The notes under the pieces were generated by a model. The model saw only the letters and a list, made by a program, of their open reading frames with translations. It was not told the origin of the DNA and ran no database searches. From Eledone cirrhosa (Eukaryota), in NCBI GenBank assembly GCA_964016885.1, contig OZ024740.1:181350001-181414000 (forward strand): a stretch of DNA of 64,000 bases. The letters are read 5' to 3'. Positions 27,008 to 40,490 of this stretch are shown here, piece by piece. Every line of letters starts with the position of its first letter. Position 1 is the stretch's first letter. The position numbers and the translations under genes were made by a program.

Positions 27008-27410
27008 GTCAGGTCGCTCTCGAGTGTTACTGGTAATATGTAACCCAGTACAACCTGTCTCATGGTCAGGACTACGGTGACTAAACCGGCATCCCCACCA
27101 AGCTTGCTTGGTGAGGAGGATGATATTTGGACACCCTGCGGGATGAAATACAAGGCTGTGCGAAGGGCGGAGTAACTCAGCAGAGTCAACGACCATCCAA
27201 ATAGAATTTTCTTTTTCTTCAAGGGTTGTCGTTGTATTTTCCGTGGCAAACATTTACACCGAAGATATGTGTCGTCAGTTCCAAAAAGTGTGGTTGGTCC
27301 TACACAAACCTTCACCACTTAAAACAAAACTTTGTGTGGGTAGTTCAACATCAGTTCAATTTCTCACATTTAACTTTACTTGGACACTGATACGTTGGAT
27401 ATCGACGGGA
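27008..27410 (+). mobile_element. Probable 5' fragment of an RTE-like LINE
   Basis: GC-richer island after TA repeats (ggcatccccaccaagcttgcttggtgaggagg hairpin), ending in FLTFNFTWTL, reminiscent of the APE start motif xTFNVRTL. Confidence 0.4.
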
Positions 27411-28430
27411 GAGTCCATCATATATATATATCTGCATATATATCACATCCACTGATATGGATTCTGATCACATGCACACGCTTAGTTCACATTAAGGTCA
27501 ACTGCAGTAATCGGTAATGAGTTACAAAAAAGTGCGATGATCAATGACTTGGATGTTGGCATACCATAAGATTAGTCCAAAGAATAAAACCCAAATCATA
27601 TGTTGACGAATATCCGTACACCCGGCATGTTAATTGTAACATGTCGTCTCTGGGGTAGAGATTATTTTGTCGATATTGCGAGGTGTCGGATCATGGGAAG
27701 ATTAACACGAATTAAGAAGATGTAACTTCACCCCCATTATTGACACATTGCCACAGTGAACATTACAAGCCCCTCTTTAGTGCCAACACTTCTGATTGTT
27801 TATCCGACATATTGTGTGTTTTATTGGGTTATGTTTACTATAAGGGGAAAACGGGATGGTTTTATTGAATTGCTTCAGTAATTCAAAGGGCTTTACAAAC
27901 AGCGATATGCCACGTGCTTGAACAGTAACTGAATATGTTCACTCAGTTATACTTTCTTCAATAATTGCGATGACTACTTCAATTGTTCTGTGTTTGTCTT
28001 GAGCACTAAGACAGCAAGGTTGCTATTCTTATACATAAGTTTGTTCGATATTCTTCATGCTCAAACTTTCCTGGCTTATTCTTTCTGAATGAAGAAAGCT
28101 GGATGGAAGAAGGACTTATGACTTAAATAGCTATAGATAGTCCACACAAACAATTGATCTGCCTATACTCATAGCAATGGTTGCTGTTGCAAATCTAGTA
28201 TATGCACCATAGGTCGGTAGTGTTTTCAGGCGCACTCTGGGAACTGAGAATAAGCCCACATTCCCCGGTTATTACCGGGTTCTGCAGCTAGTGTATATAT
28301 ATGAATGGAAAAAATGAAATTTTATTCTCACACTTTGTACGGCTGATACTTAAATATAAGTATGTATACGTACATACATATATGTATACAGACGTACAGT
28401 AGTATGTATATACATACATTTATGCACACA

Positions 28431-28966
28431 TACTGATTATACATATTATACAGATTGTACAGAGCGGTTGCCGGTCCAGCAAAAATTGAATATTAGAATT
28501 GGTGCTCTGAAATAGCGAAGTATATATGAATGTATATATAGTATTTTGGCAATATACTGTATGCTTAATTAAAAAAAATTGAAGACCTTACGCTATTGTT
28601 TTAAAGAAGTGACTATGTCACTTATACATCGCTATTTCAGAGCAATATTGTAATATTTAATTTTTGCTGGACCGGCAACCGCTCTGTATAATCAGTACCT
28701 GAATATTACTGGAATTCTATAAGAATCTAACATTTATAATTTTCAATAGACAAAGGCGAGTGCTAAGCTCTGATGAATACCAACAGTATGAAACAGAGAT
28801 CTGTCAGCTTATCTCCCTTTGCTTGTTGAAAAAAGAAGTAAGTGTCATAGACAGTACTTTAAAAAAATAGCGTAAGGTCTTCAAAATGTTTTTAATTAAG
28901 CATGCAGTATATTGCCAAATATACTATATATACATTCATATATACATCGCTATTTCAGAGCACCAA

Positions 28967-28975
<9 letters not shown>
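28431..28975. mobile_element. Nested inverted-repeat module carrying a hammerhead, ending in (TA)n; PLE pseudo-LTR remnant
   Basis: 28458-28487 / 28659-28688 is a perfect 30-bp IR. 28490-28623 / 28840-28974 is a ~135-bp IR. The hammerhead lies between them. Confidence 0.75.
28752..28820 (+). ncRNA. Canonical type I hammerhead ribozyme
   Basis: taagct (28764-69) CTGATGA (28770-76) atac-caaca-gtat GAAA (28790-93) cag-agat-ctg TC (GUC, cleavage after 28805) agctta. Stem I extends via gag/ctc and aaagg/ccttt across internal loops. Confidence 0.88.
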
Positions 28976-29021
<46 letters not shown>

Positions 29022-29096
29022 CGATAAATTAACGGAGCCATAGACTCTCGCACTATCTCTCTCTCTCTAGTGTGTTATCTTTTCAACATATCGTAT

Positions 29097-29129
<33 letters not shown>

Positions 29130-29132
29130 TAT

Positions 29133-29202
<70 letters not shown>

Positions 29203-29236
29203 ATATATATATATTATATATATATATATATTATAG

Positions 29237-29268
29237 CTGAGGATCCGCTAAGGTGAAACAATTATTCT
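29237..29268 (+). ncRNA. Degenerate hammerhead core
   Basis: CTGAGGA t-cc-gctaa-gg-t GAAA caatta. Stems I and III are not intact. Lies directly after (TA)n. Confidence 0.35.
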
Positions 29269-29298
29269 CGGTATGGTGAACTAACTTATGTGTAACCA

Positions 29299-29403
<105 letters not shown>

Positions 29404-29444
29404 CGAAACATAAGACAATTGCATGAACTCATAATGTTTTATTT

Positions 29445-29500
29445 ACTGCTATATATATTTCGATGATAGCCATTGAATGGCTATGACCTTATCAGGCAGT
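29445..29500 (-). ncRNA. Minimal type I hammerhead with G8-to-A change
   Basis: Minus strand: actgc CTGATAA ggtc-atagccat-tca-atggctat-catc GAAA tatata TA gcagt. Stems I and II intact; palindromic TA loop replaces stem III. Confidence 0.6.
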
Positions 29501-30827
29501 TAGTCAGTTCTTAGATATACCAGATCTGAGTTTATAGTGTTGATGTTATCAGAGCCTTGGGACATGTATATATATATATATATATATATATTGCTGTATT
29601 GCACCATAACCCCTACTACTATTACTGCCAGTCCTTACAAACATATATGGAAACGGAAACTGTAGATTGCATAATAGTACACATCTTTTAAATAGCATCA
29701 TCTGATAGTCTACCATTTATCGTATAAGAACCTACAACCTATGGAAGTACATAGGCAATATACTCTTCGTAATATATGTAATACAAAATGACGATCAAAA
29801 TAGTGGATATTTTGACCTTTACAAACGGAAAAATTCCTTTTCGTTTCTGTTTTTCAATGTGTTGATGATGTATGTTTCTCTCACACTGGAAAACAGATGG
29901 TTTTGTAATGTGATCGTGAGTTATTATTACAATGAATAATATAAATAAGATATCGAAAACAAAACATGTTTTTACGAGGTTTATTGAAAGTTTGGTTTTC
30001 CCCTCTCTGTCCTTTTCTCCCTTTATTCTCTGCCAGACACTCACCTTTTTCTTTTCGTACTTTCTCTTTTACCAATAGTGTATATATGCATATTTATTTA
30101 TGTGTTTACATATGATAGTTTACATACACTGAGCAACCTGCGCTATTCGTCAACAGAAAACCTGAACTAACATTATGCTGTCGGAGGGGAAACGTCTTGT
30201 TAGCCACCTTCAATCAAATGGTCATTGACATTCCACAAAGTACAACTTATTTCCATTAGGCACACGTGTTTGTGTGTGATTGCCTGCTACCATCCTCGAA
30301 CCAGTATATACATGTTTAAACCAATAACACAATATAGCGTTCAATGTTTTCAATAAACTTCAGCTCATATTGTATGTTGGGAATAGACAAATCTCTAACG
30401 TAGCACTAGAACCAAGAAGCTAACTTCGACAATAATGTAAAACTCATTCAGTATATACAAACTCAATCCTATATCCACAAACGTCAAAATTTTACACGTC
30501 TCTCGAATAAGTAGGTGTTCCTATTGCTACATAACACGCTCGCATGATTCATTTGAAATAAGGATTTATATCCTTAATTATCAATTCTTTATTATCGACG
30601 ATGGATGAAGAAATATCATGGAGGTAAGTTATAAAAGTACATGGGAGACATAGTAACCGAATAATTGAAAGATACGATGTACTTATGTATGGACACGTAA
30701 CTCCTGGTGCATTAGTAGGGGCATCCGTATGGCATGTTATTCATCTTAAACCTGGTTGAACCCACTCTTCTCCAAGTCAGATCACAGCCAAAACCTTATG
30801 GAAGTAGTGAGAATGACAAGGCGGAGG

Positions 30828-31638
30828 CTCACCATTATATTTATTTCAAACCCAACCTTCACACTAAGTGTTTTCTCCTTCAAAGTAATCCCCTCTGGAG
30901 TATGTATCTGTAATCCTAGCTCTCTGCAGCGATCAAACTTTTTTCTTCATAATTTTATATACATGTTCTCTGTTTCAGGTCGTTAAGCAATGAGCACGGA
31001 GCAACGAACAAACTTGAAGTTTCTGGTACTGTTGAGGAAAACTCCGTCAGAAGCACTGGGATTGCTGCAGCAAGAGTATGTAGATGAGAACATGTCACGC
31101 TCACGTGTTTTTTGAGTGGTGCAAGAGGTTTAAAGAAGGACGCGCGGACGTGGAAGATAACCCCAGAAGCGGAAGGCCCTCAACAATCAGGATTGAGGTC
31201 AACGTTGAGCGCGTCAGGCAGATGGTGCGTAGTGATCGTCGGCTGACTGTTCGACTAATGGCAAATGAGCTGGGCAAGGATCGAGACAGCGTCTGGAAGA
31301 TTCTCACTGAAGATTTGGACATGTGGAAAGTCTGCGCGAAGATGGTGCCAACACTGCTGAACGATGACTGTCCTTAGCAAGTCATGGATCTTCGAGTACG
31401 ACCCGGAGTGGAGCCGTTTTGAAGACATGGATGACATCAAAAAGGCCGTAACGAAAGAACTGCAGAGGATCCCGGAAGAATCCTTCCAAGAGTGAATGCA
31501 AGCGTGACAGAAAAGAATGGAAAAGTGCATTAGAATTCAGGGGGATTACTTTGAAGGAGAAAACTCTTAGTGTGAAGTTTGGCTTTGAAATAAATATTTG
31601 GTGACATCAGTCCTGGAACGTTTCTGACACACCTCGTA
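30828..31638 (+). mobile_element. Internally deleted mariner-family transposon; transposase pseudogene 30990-31570
   Basis: MSTEQRTNLKF...VFEWCKRFKEGRADVEDNPRSGRPS...AKMVPTLL, WIFEYDPE, ...KCIRIQGDYFEGE. Right end ctgacacacctcgTA. 30836-30892 is an inverted copy of 31541-31597. Confidence 0.88.
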
Positions 31639-31643
31639 TATAA

Positions 31644-32300
31644 ATGAAAAATGGAGTGCTGACTTGCTGCAAATGTGATATACAAATTAAAATGAAGAAT
31701 TAGAAATAGAAGCCAGGACTTTCAGTGGTCTACTAGGTATTTCTTCGCATTAAAGACTAGATACCTCAGGCAAGCGCGAACAATATCTAAAATAAGTTAT
31801 TGGGATAAAAAGAATTCGGTGGAGAAAGAGGTACAGGTAAATAAACACGAATGGTGAGGCAACGTAAAGAGAGGAAAAATGAGAAAATCAAGTCAATGAT
31901 TCATTTGAACATAAAAACTTGCTAATATTGACGAGAAAACAAAAGACACATCTTAACCATGCGAAAGTAAGCGAGGAAAGAATTTCGCACGGTGTGGGTC
32001 GATGGAGGAAGTGAGAGACAGGGTGAGTAGCAGAGAGTGAGTGAGTGAAAGTATGAGGAAGAGGCTAGCCGAGAGAGAGTAACTAGCAGAGAGGATAAAT
32101 GAAAGTAAGAGGGAGAAGGAGAGAGAAGAGGGAGAGAGAAAGATGATAGCAGTATGGGAAGAGAAAAAACAGGTCATAGCGAAGGGGAAAGCATATAGGA
32201 ATGAAAAATGGCACGTTGTGTTGTTACAATGGTGATATACAAATTAAAATGAAGAATTAGAAATAGAAGCCAGGACTATCCATCACCAGTGGTCTACTAG
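31644..32300 (-). mobile_element. Direct-repeat-bounded module, same family as 10577-11169
   Basis: 46-bp exact repeat 31675-31720 = 32232-32277, plus cagtggtctactag twice. Interior shares ataagttat and gagtgagtgagtg-aagt-tgaggaagagg with 10670-11030. Confidence 0.65.
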
Positions 32301-32361
32301 ATGCCATTACTTATTTTTCAATTATAGTAATGTATGTGTGTACACCAACATCGCCCCTCCC

Positions 32362-32410
<49 letters not shown>

Positions 32411-33209
32411 CATGTGTGTGGGACGATGGGGGTGTACACACATAAATTACTATATTTGAAAAATAAGTACTGGCATCTATATGATCTACTGTAACACTTC
32501 ATGATAGAGCCATAGCATGATACTAAGAAACTTACTGAAATCAGTAAAAGAGACATAAGAATAGAAATGTAGGTGGAGTGATGCTTATGTGGATGTATTT
32601 GTTACAAAAAAGTCCTGTTAACATATTAAACGAACTTATGCAATGCATTCTGTACGATTTAATTAAGCGCTCTATAGAGCCATGGCCACTGAAAAACTTG
32701 TTCGTTTTCAATATAATTTACTTTCTTTTATGTTTGCATGTTATAGAGCACCGCGTGTTGTTTTTCACACATAATACTGAAAAAAATCCATTATTATATT
32801 TCCAAATAAAATTAAAAAAAACAAAAAAAACATGAGTTTGTAAAAGTTGTTTTTGTTTTATATCATTCAGTCCTTCAGTGGCAACCCTGTAGTAGTAGGC
32901 ACAGATAACTATGCCAAGGTTAATAATGAAACAGGCTACAGGTTATTTGGTGAAATCATAAGACATAATTAAAGTTAGGCCGGTTGACCTTGTGTTTTCC
33001 TACCACGATTTTATTGTGTTTATAACACTGTATTTAGATCTTCCAGTAAATACTGCTGTACGTAAAATCTATTAATACAACGCAGCATTTCATTATACTA
33101 TTTATATAATTGATTCTGTGTCTCAACTCATCAGTATGTTTGTCATATCCAATCTCACAGGCTACATTTAAATAGGTTCCGTATGTATTCAGAATGTGTT
33201 CTCCCAAAG

Positions 33210-33535
33210 ACATACGTCTATATATTGTAGGTGGTCGTGTTGGTGACACAACATAGAGACCCCGTCCACCCGAAAAGGTGGTCGTGCTAGTGACAGGATA
33301 AAAAATATACCCAGTCCAACATATCAGTTGGCCGTTTTGTGCCACGTTAAAAAGCACCCTGTCCACGCTGTAAATATGGTTGGCGTTAGAAAGAGGATTC
33401 AGCCGTAAAAGCGAAGCCATAAATAGTTATGTATGAGGAAGCCACGGACACCTGATCTGACTTGTCTTGTAATGGGATAACTCGTCTAACGCATGTTAAC
33501 GTTGACAATGGGCGATAAATGGTGATGATGATGAT
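33210..33535 (+). mobile_element. SINE/LINE-tail fragment ending in (GAT)n
   Basis: gtgccacgttaaaaagcacc...tggttggcgttagaaagaggattcagccgtaaaa...aaatggtgatgatgatg, a body and tail I recognise from octopod retroposons. Confidence 0.6.
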
Positions 33536-33666
33536 AATTATATATATATATTAATAAAAGGAACTCCAACTTTGTCTGATTTACTCGTTTTATTTACAAT
33601 CCTTTAAAATGTATAATGGTATTAGAATGAAATAGTATGGTAGAATATTAAATGTTAAGTGTTAAT

Positions 33667-33705
33667 TGAACAAGTACTTTCATGCTTTCGTAATCTTCAG
33701 GTTCA
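33667..33705 (-). ncRNA. Minimal hammerhead (left palindrome arm)
   Basis: Minus strand: tgaac CTGAAGA ttacgaaagcat GAAA gtac TT gttca. Confidence 0.6.
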
Positions 33706-33769
33706 TAATGTGTGGTCACAGTCAAGTTTAACAGTTGAAAATTGCAAACTTGACTGTCACCACACATTA

Positions 33770-33808
33770 TGAACCTGAAGATTGCGAAAGCATGAAAGTA
33801 CTTGTTCA
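33770..33808 (+). ncRNA. Minimal type I hammerhead with palindromic GTAC in place of stem III
   Basis: tgaac CTGAAGA t-tgc-gaaa-gca-t GAAA gtac TT gttca. Stem I is 5 bp; stem II has a GAAA tetraloop. Confidence 0.7.
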
Positions 33809-33955
33809 ATTAACACTTAACATTTAATATTCTACCATACTATTTCATTCTAATACCATTATAAATTTTAAAGGATTGCAAATAAAACGAGTAAATCAGA
33901 CAAAGTTGGAATTCCTTTTATTAATATAATCTTCTATACACAATCATACACACCC

Positions 33956-33999
<44 letters not shown>

Positions 34000-34592
34000 T
34001 TTCTTTATGAAGACGTTCTAGATTATTATTTGAAGTGGTGGAAGAGAGATAGCTGAATAATATAGTGACTTACTTATACGTATTCATTATATTAATCGAG
34101 CCATACACGCATCAACACAAAGTATTTGATGTGACATAGAGATGGTTTCAATTTAAATCTCTCGAAGTCTAAGTGAAACACTTTAAATTCAGATTTGTAT
34201 ACACACATGTGTTTTTGTTAGTATTATCATCTTGACTGAGTTATTTCATTTCACTTGTGCTAAATTTCTGTCAAACGTGTCATGTTAATTCATCTCTGGA
34301 CATTCATGTAATACAATTATAGATTTTTCTGTAAGAACATGAAGCAGCTATTAACAGTCTAATATCCATCATATCGATTTTCTTCTGTAAACAATGATTT
34401 CTCTTACTTGATTTCAGGAATTGAACTGCGGCCCTCCCGAAACATTGCACGGAAATATTTTGAGTCAATTATATCGACTCCACTCTTCCATCGATATTGA
34501 AGTTAGACGTAGTGGAAATTCTAACGGAGCATGTTAAACATTACGCAACCGATATAGAAATGATTGCCATTCTATGCTGATATAGACATACT

Positions 34593-34690
34593 AAGGAAGT
34601 GAGTTGGCAGAGTATTCAATCTAGCTATTCATGCTAGTATTTGTAATTTCTGAGAGTTCAACTAATCTTTCATCCTTTCAGAGACAATAA
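34593..34690 (+). mobile_element. Heavily decayed SINE
   Basis: gagttggcagagt...gagttcaa...ctttcatcctttc matches the 7742/47593 family skeleton. Confidence 0.4.
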
Positions 34691-36453
34691 ACACAAAGGA
34701 GTCAGTTCTTCTATGTATATGTATTATTTCCACTTCTGTGTTTCGTTAATCGATACATTGGTTGTGATCAGACGAAACGTATGTTTTACCAGGTTTAAAA
34801 TATTCAAAACAATCCCTACGACACCATCAGAAATTGAAGGTTAGCGATGGAAACATCCACACATATTATATGCTAACTGCTGAGAGACTAATGTTGATGC
34901 TAACACCTTTAAGCATTATTTATCCACATTGCATCTTCAATTTCTACCAAGTCAAAAATATAAATGTTTTTCATGTTGACTCCAAAAGGTTAAATTACAG
35001 TTCAATAATTCAATCCAATGTGCATCTATTGTATTAAATTTATTATCCTCGGAGTCATGAAATACCTATGACAACTATTCTAACTCGGAATGCCAATGGC
35101 AGATTTAAGTAATTTTAATGCATTTAAGGTGATGTAAGTCATCTAACATTGCAAAAGGTATTTAGTATGGCCCTTTAACCGTTTTTATTATTGTATAATT
35201 TTCCAAGTCAGAAATATATACGCTTTTCAAATAATCGTTTTCTGACTGTACTGGTAGAACTGTACTTCTTTGAGGAAATCTAAGACCTAAACATTTCAGC
35301 ACAACCACTATCAAACTCACTGCGCACTGCATTAAACACACTTCATATTTAATTAATTTTGATTAACATTTCTGTGTTATCTTTCCTGCCTTTCATGATC
35401 AGAATTGATTATTCATCTAAGAACACCAAGGGTTAATTATTTTAATTAATTAAAATGCACGGACTCATTGCATTAAATATAATACAAGGGACCTTATTGG
35501 CTGTGTTTTCGTACAGAGTGTATCTTCTATGGTCTACATGTATTTGAAGAAGTCTTGTGGGTATATGGGTGGCGGAGTATAACTTTCTCCCAAACAAGTG
35601 GGACACCCTGAATCGTGTAATTCAATCTACAGAGAGGCCTAACATATTTCTATCAATTCCACCTTTGACGCACTTAAACTAATTATATTTTAACATAATG
35701 TGAATAGATTATATAGCAATAATAGTATAGTGGAATCTGTCATTTTCAGTGATAAGCCTTCAGTTGTTCGATCAACTGGATGTCTACCGATTAAATTAAC
35801 AGACACGCGTAGGCTAGTAGCAATTTGTAATTCAAATGTGGCAAGGCTAGACCATGGTATTACAGGTACAGTCAAATTTAAGTTAAAAGTTTAAAACACA
35901 CGACGATGCCAAGGAGTGGGAAAAAATCGGAACCAAATTATTCGAAAAGAATTTCATAACTATTCAAACAATACTGAGTACTATACTATTCTGCGGAAAG
36001 ATTACTTATACACATATTGATGATTTCGCATTCTAGCTTTCTGTACTACTTTAATACCTCTTTGTTTTTCTCAAGTATATGTACATATGCTTGTCGAAAC
36101 TGTTTTAGAAAACTCGTTTGTAATTTTCCATTGTAATATCCCCCTTTAGTTCGGGTTTATAATAATACACTAACTTGCCAAGAATGGAAAGACATCTCCT
36201 TATACTGATTGCATTGTCTCTACTCAATGCAAATTATTAAGTATTCCGTGTTTTATAATGTTGTGTATATGTGTTTGTGTGTCATTGTATATGTGTCTGT
36301 CTGAGTGTTTGTGTCTGTGAGTTCGTGTATCTGTGTGTGTGTGTGTTTGTGTGTGTCTGTGTGATAAAACATTTATTCCATGCAGCTAAAATATGATATT
36401 CTACTTTTGACTTTAACCCAAAAATGTCCAGTCGCTGTTGAATTTGTTACTCG

Positions 36454-36590
36454 TGGGGCGGCGAGTTGGATGAATTATTAGGGAAAATACATAGCGAAAT
36501 TTATCTCGAATTTTACATGTAAACGTTTCAATCTCCCCTTGGTCACCTACTCTTTTCATCTTTTCGAAGTCGATAAATTAAATTTCCTAT
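36454..36590 (+). mobile_element. Heavily decayed SINE
   Basis: ggcggcgagttgg...cttttcatcttttcgaagtcgataaattaa matches the same family. Confidence 0.45.
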
Positions 36591-37386
36591 AAATTATTGA
36601 AGTCTTTTAAATATAAATATACACAAAATTTGAAGAGTTATTTCTATGCTAGAAATAATGTTTAAGTGAAATTCCGCCGATGTTAACTGTGCATTTCATA
36701 ATTCTAGATTCGATAGAAAAATGTACTAGTGGATTATTATGGTAGAATTAATCGAATAAAACCTTCATATTTTGTGATCTTGTGTTATATTAAAAACAAT
36801 AATCATTGTTACTTGTCAGTTTCTATTGTGTGTGTTCGCAGCAATAGTAAGCAAATATCTATGCCCCTTCGATATTTAGGATGCGTTGTTATTTTTCAAC
36901 TGTTTTGAAACTGCTAACTGTTAAGAATAGTAATATCAAATAGTTTAACATATATAAGAAATACAAAGAAGTATTCTTATATTAGAAAAGAAGCAATGTT
37001 TATAGATTTAATTATAACTCATTTATTAAAAAGGCAACCCAAAACGAAAATAATATTGTCTTATTAAAATCTTCCGACATTAGAAATAAGATGTATATGA
37101 GTTTAATTAATTTCAATGTAATCTCAATTTAATCATTAGTTCTAATTTTATTGTACAAATATGAAGAATCTTCTTCAAAGGAACATAATATGTTTAAACA
37201 TTTTTTTATATACAAATCGCTTAAAATGTTTTATTTGGTATAATAAATTTAAGAATGAATATTACCAACATCGACGAAGTGAAAACTTGAATTCATATTT
37301 TTAATAATGGATAAATTTGTACAAACAAAACCGAAAAAATTGTGGTCTCCAGCGTCGGCTAATAATTGGCTATAAAAATCTACCTC

Positions 37387-37489
<103 letters not shown>

Positions 37490-37591
37490 ATAAAAAATAT
37501 AATTGCAGAATAAAAAAATATGTGATAAATGTCTGAGTGGGGAAGAATTATTGGGAGTCAGTTATATTTTAATACGTGGAAAGTTGATGAA

Positions 37592-37960
37592 TTATTCAAA
37601 TTTACTTCTCATTTTAAGCAAGCATCCTGACTCACTGAATACAGTGATGATTGGAAATGAGGTGCGGGTGTATGGGTAGTGCGAGGAAATCAACAAAATC
37701 CAAGACACCAATAATGTTTCCACGTGCGGAGGAATATCAATTATATACTGAATGATTTCTTCGATAAAAAGGCATGAAGAATACAAATCAACATAATTGA
37801 CAGTTACAAACGAATAAATTATAAATATATTTCTATATTGTTTTAGACGAGAACGTCCTTCGACCGCATCTGTTGGCCTCACAAAACTGGTACCTGTCTC
37901 ATAACATTCACATACATTTGCTACACTTGACCATATGTTTTCGCCGATCCGACAAGCCAC
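37592..37960 (-). pseudogene. Possible very old mariner transposase relic
   Basis: SWILLISSHYPYTRTSFP weakly resembles GWEVLPHPPYSPDLAP; CYETGTSFVRPTDAVEGRSR weakly resembles the HTH-GRP region. Confidence 0.25.
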
Positions 37961-40377
37961 CTACTCTAGACATGGTCCATTCTGTCTTTTGGTTGTTCAA
38001 AATATCGTAAATTTGAATAATTTCAAGTGTCACGTTATCTGTGTTCTAATACATCTATCAGCTTCCTTCATCGAAGATATGATGAAGGACACTACAATTG
38101 CAAACTCCATTACTTTTAATGTCTCCCGATCATTAATTATTTTATGGATTTGAATAGAAACAAAATATACGGTTTTTGAATACGTTCAGAAATTTTGAAA
38201 AGAAGATGAAATAAAGATTGAATCATGAAAAAAATCAAGACCTTAATTAAATGGTGATGAGACATTTATATTGTGCAGCAACAAAAGATAGAACATATTA
38301 AAATGGCTGCATATCACGAAAACATTTCTTAATGCGAGGGCCGATTGTTTATCAACCGCTCCATCAAAGTGTTGAAATACATCCTAAATAACTTGAGGAT
38401 CCTTGCATAACACTTGAACAGACAGAATCCACAACACCGAGCTTTTCTCCAGCATTCGTAGTAAAATTTATAGCACTATAATATCTTTGTAACACACAAA
38501 ACAAGAAGAAAATGTGCACTTCTCTATGAGGGTCTAAGCATTTTAACATCTATCTAGAACCCAAGAAACCATTTAGGCAAATATTCTGCTATATGGTTAA
38601 AGTCTACATAATAGATTCCCAATCGTAACTTATTTCTTCCTTATTCACGTTAGCCTAAATAAGAATTGCCAACACTTTATAACCGTCAGCCGAAAACAAT
38701 AACTTATCTCCCCTTCCACAGGAACTCTGTAGTAGAACTCAAACCCTGGAATATATATTACATTTAGAATATGTCGGTTAACGAATTGCGGATATAATTC
38801 CGCAGTGATACGTGCGTATTCGATAGCTTAAAATGTAATGAATTTGAGTTAATTAAGTATGTATATAGAAAGATAAAGATAAAGAAAGGGAGTTAATTCC
38901 AGAACAATTACCATACCATACTAGAGGACATGTGTTTCAATTAAATAGAATTTTCAACCAGTCTATAGTTGTAGTGAGAACGGAAGAATTATTGAACTGG
39001 GTGGATTCTTGCCCGAGAAAGGCGCCTTGTTCATTATTTTACTCATTTCAAACACCAATAAATCTACCACTAATCGTAAAGCTGGCAATTTCGGTTCTCG
39101 TGCATGCTATCGTAAGTTAGCTAAGACTCTATAGTATGCATTCCTCTTTTATATAAGAAATGCTTCAAAGTGTATTTGTAACAGCTATATCAAACCATCA
39201 CAATACTTTAGCGAAAGTAAATTATTTAATTGAATGCTAACTAAGAGCTTTCTTTAACATTGCTAACGCTATAGTTTTTATGATGGTTCTTACGTACGGG
39301 CTTGATGTATGTGTGTATAATAGTACAAATTTACTATATATACCAGAAGTACCACTGCTGCAATACAGAAATGGCGGCGTTTATACTTGTGCCTCGTGCT
39401 TAAGACATGAGTAATTGATCTGTGCATGTATTGTAGCTATCTAATCGGCTGGTCCTAAAGGGCAATATGTATATGTTTAGAATAATAAGCATTAGGAATG
39501 TGACAAGTGTGATCTGTGTTGCCTATATTTTAGTGTTTAAGTGGGAAGGATATTAAAACCAAGATCTACCCATCGGGATCGTGAGGGTGTTTGAATGTAA
39601 TATATGTCATATATTTTGTGTTTACACGAGGTAACAAGTTAATCCTTTTTGTTTAATAATTGATCCTTTTCAAACAGCATCTGGATGTTTACTCCGAGCA
39701 TGAATTGCATGGATGGCTCCATTTGATATGCCCATATATGGACTACATCGCCTGTGTAGTTGAGCTAGATTCCTGCCGCTCGAATACCGGCGCTTTAGTT
39801 CGGATCTAGCCGTTGAATCTGCCGGAGATCAGCCGTTGGGGTCCTGTATGTTTTTCATATTACCCTCTCTACTAACCCAAGTATCGATTACTCTGGTGAG
39901 CAATGGTCTAACCAGATTTTACCATCAATAATCTTATACATATATATATAAATATGTGTGTGTGTGTGTGTGTGCGCACGTGTGTGCGTGTGTATATATA
40001 TATATTAATTTGTTACGTACTGGACACATATGTTCGTGGTTTTGCAGGTATACGCCCACGTCTTCATTATCATATCCATAGAACGTACATGTACATATTT
40101 GAATGGAGATATACATAACTACTGTTTTAACACTAGGTTGTTCTCGTTGCTTCTTTTTTTTGCGGCAATCAAATCTACGTAACTCTTCATATCTCGATGT
40201 GTTAATAAATATTGCTTGCATGTAAACTGTCACAATATTTCCTTTCAATAGTTTATCTAATCATCAATACAGGAAGTTCAAGCTTATATACAGTCTACAT
40301 GATATAGTATGCACTGTCTTCATTTGCAATTACAAATACTCACATCCCCACATGCATATTCATATATATTTTAACAT

Positions 40378-40490
<113 letters not shown>

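Larger units (their letters stand above)
33547..33928. repeat. Near-perfect ~380 bp palindrome between (TA)n tracts
   Basis: Arms 33547-33729 and 33746-33928 are reverse complements with few mismatches; ~16-nt spacer. Confidence 0.95.

Noticed and set aside
30035-30080. Minus-strand AAG|GTGAGT donors here and at ~43025 as host exons
   Set aside because: No convincing acceptor, reading frame or protein similarity; a host gene spanning the window can be neither shown nor excluded.
35512-35610. Tc1/mariner-like MITE ends (cagagtgt...tgggacaccctg)
   Set aside because: TIR match too short and no TA duplication on the right.
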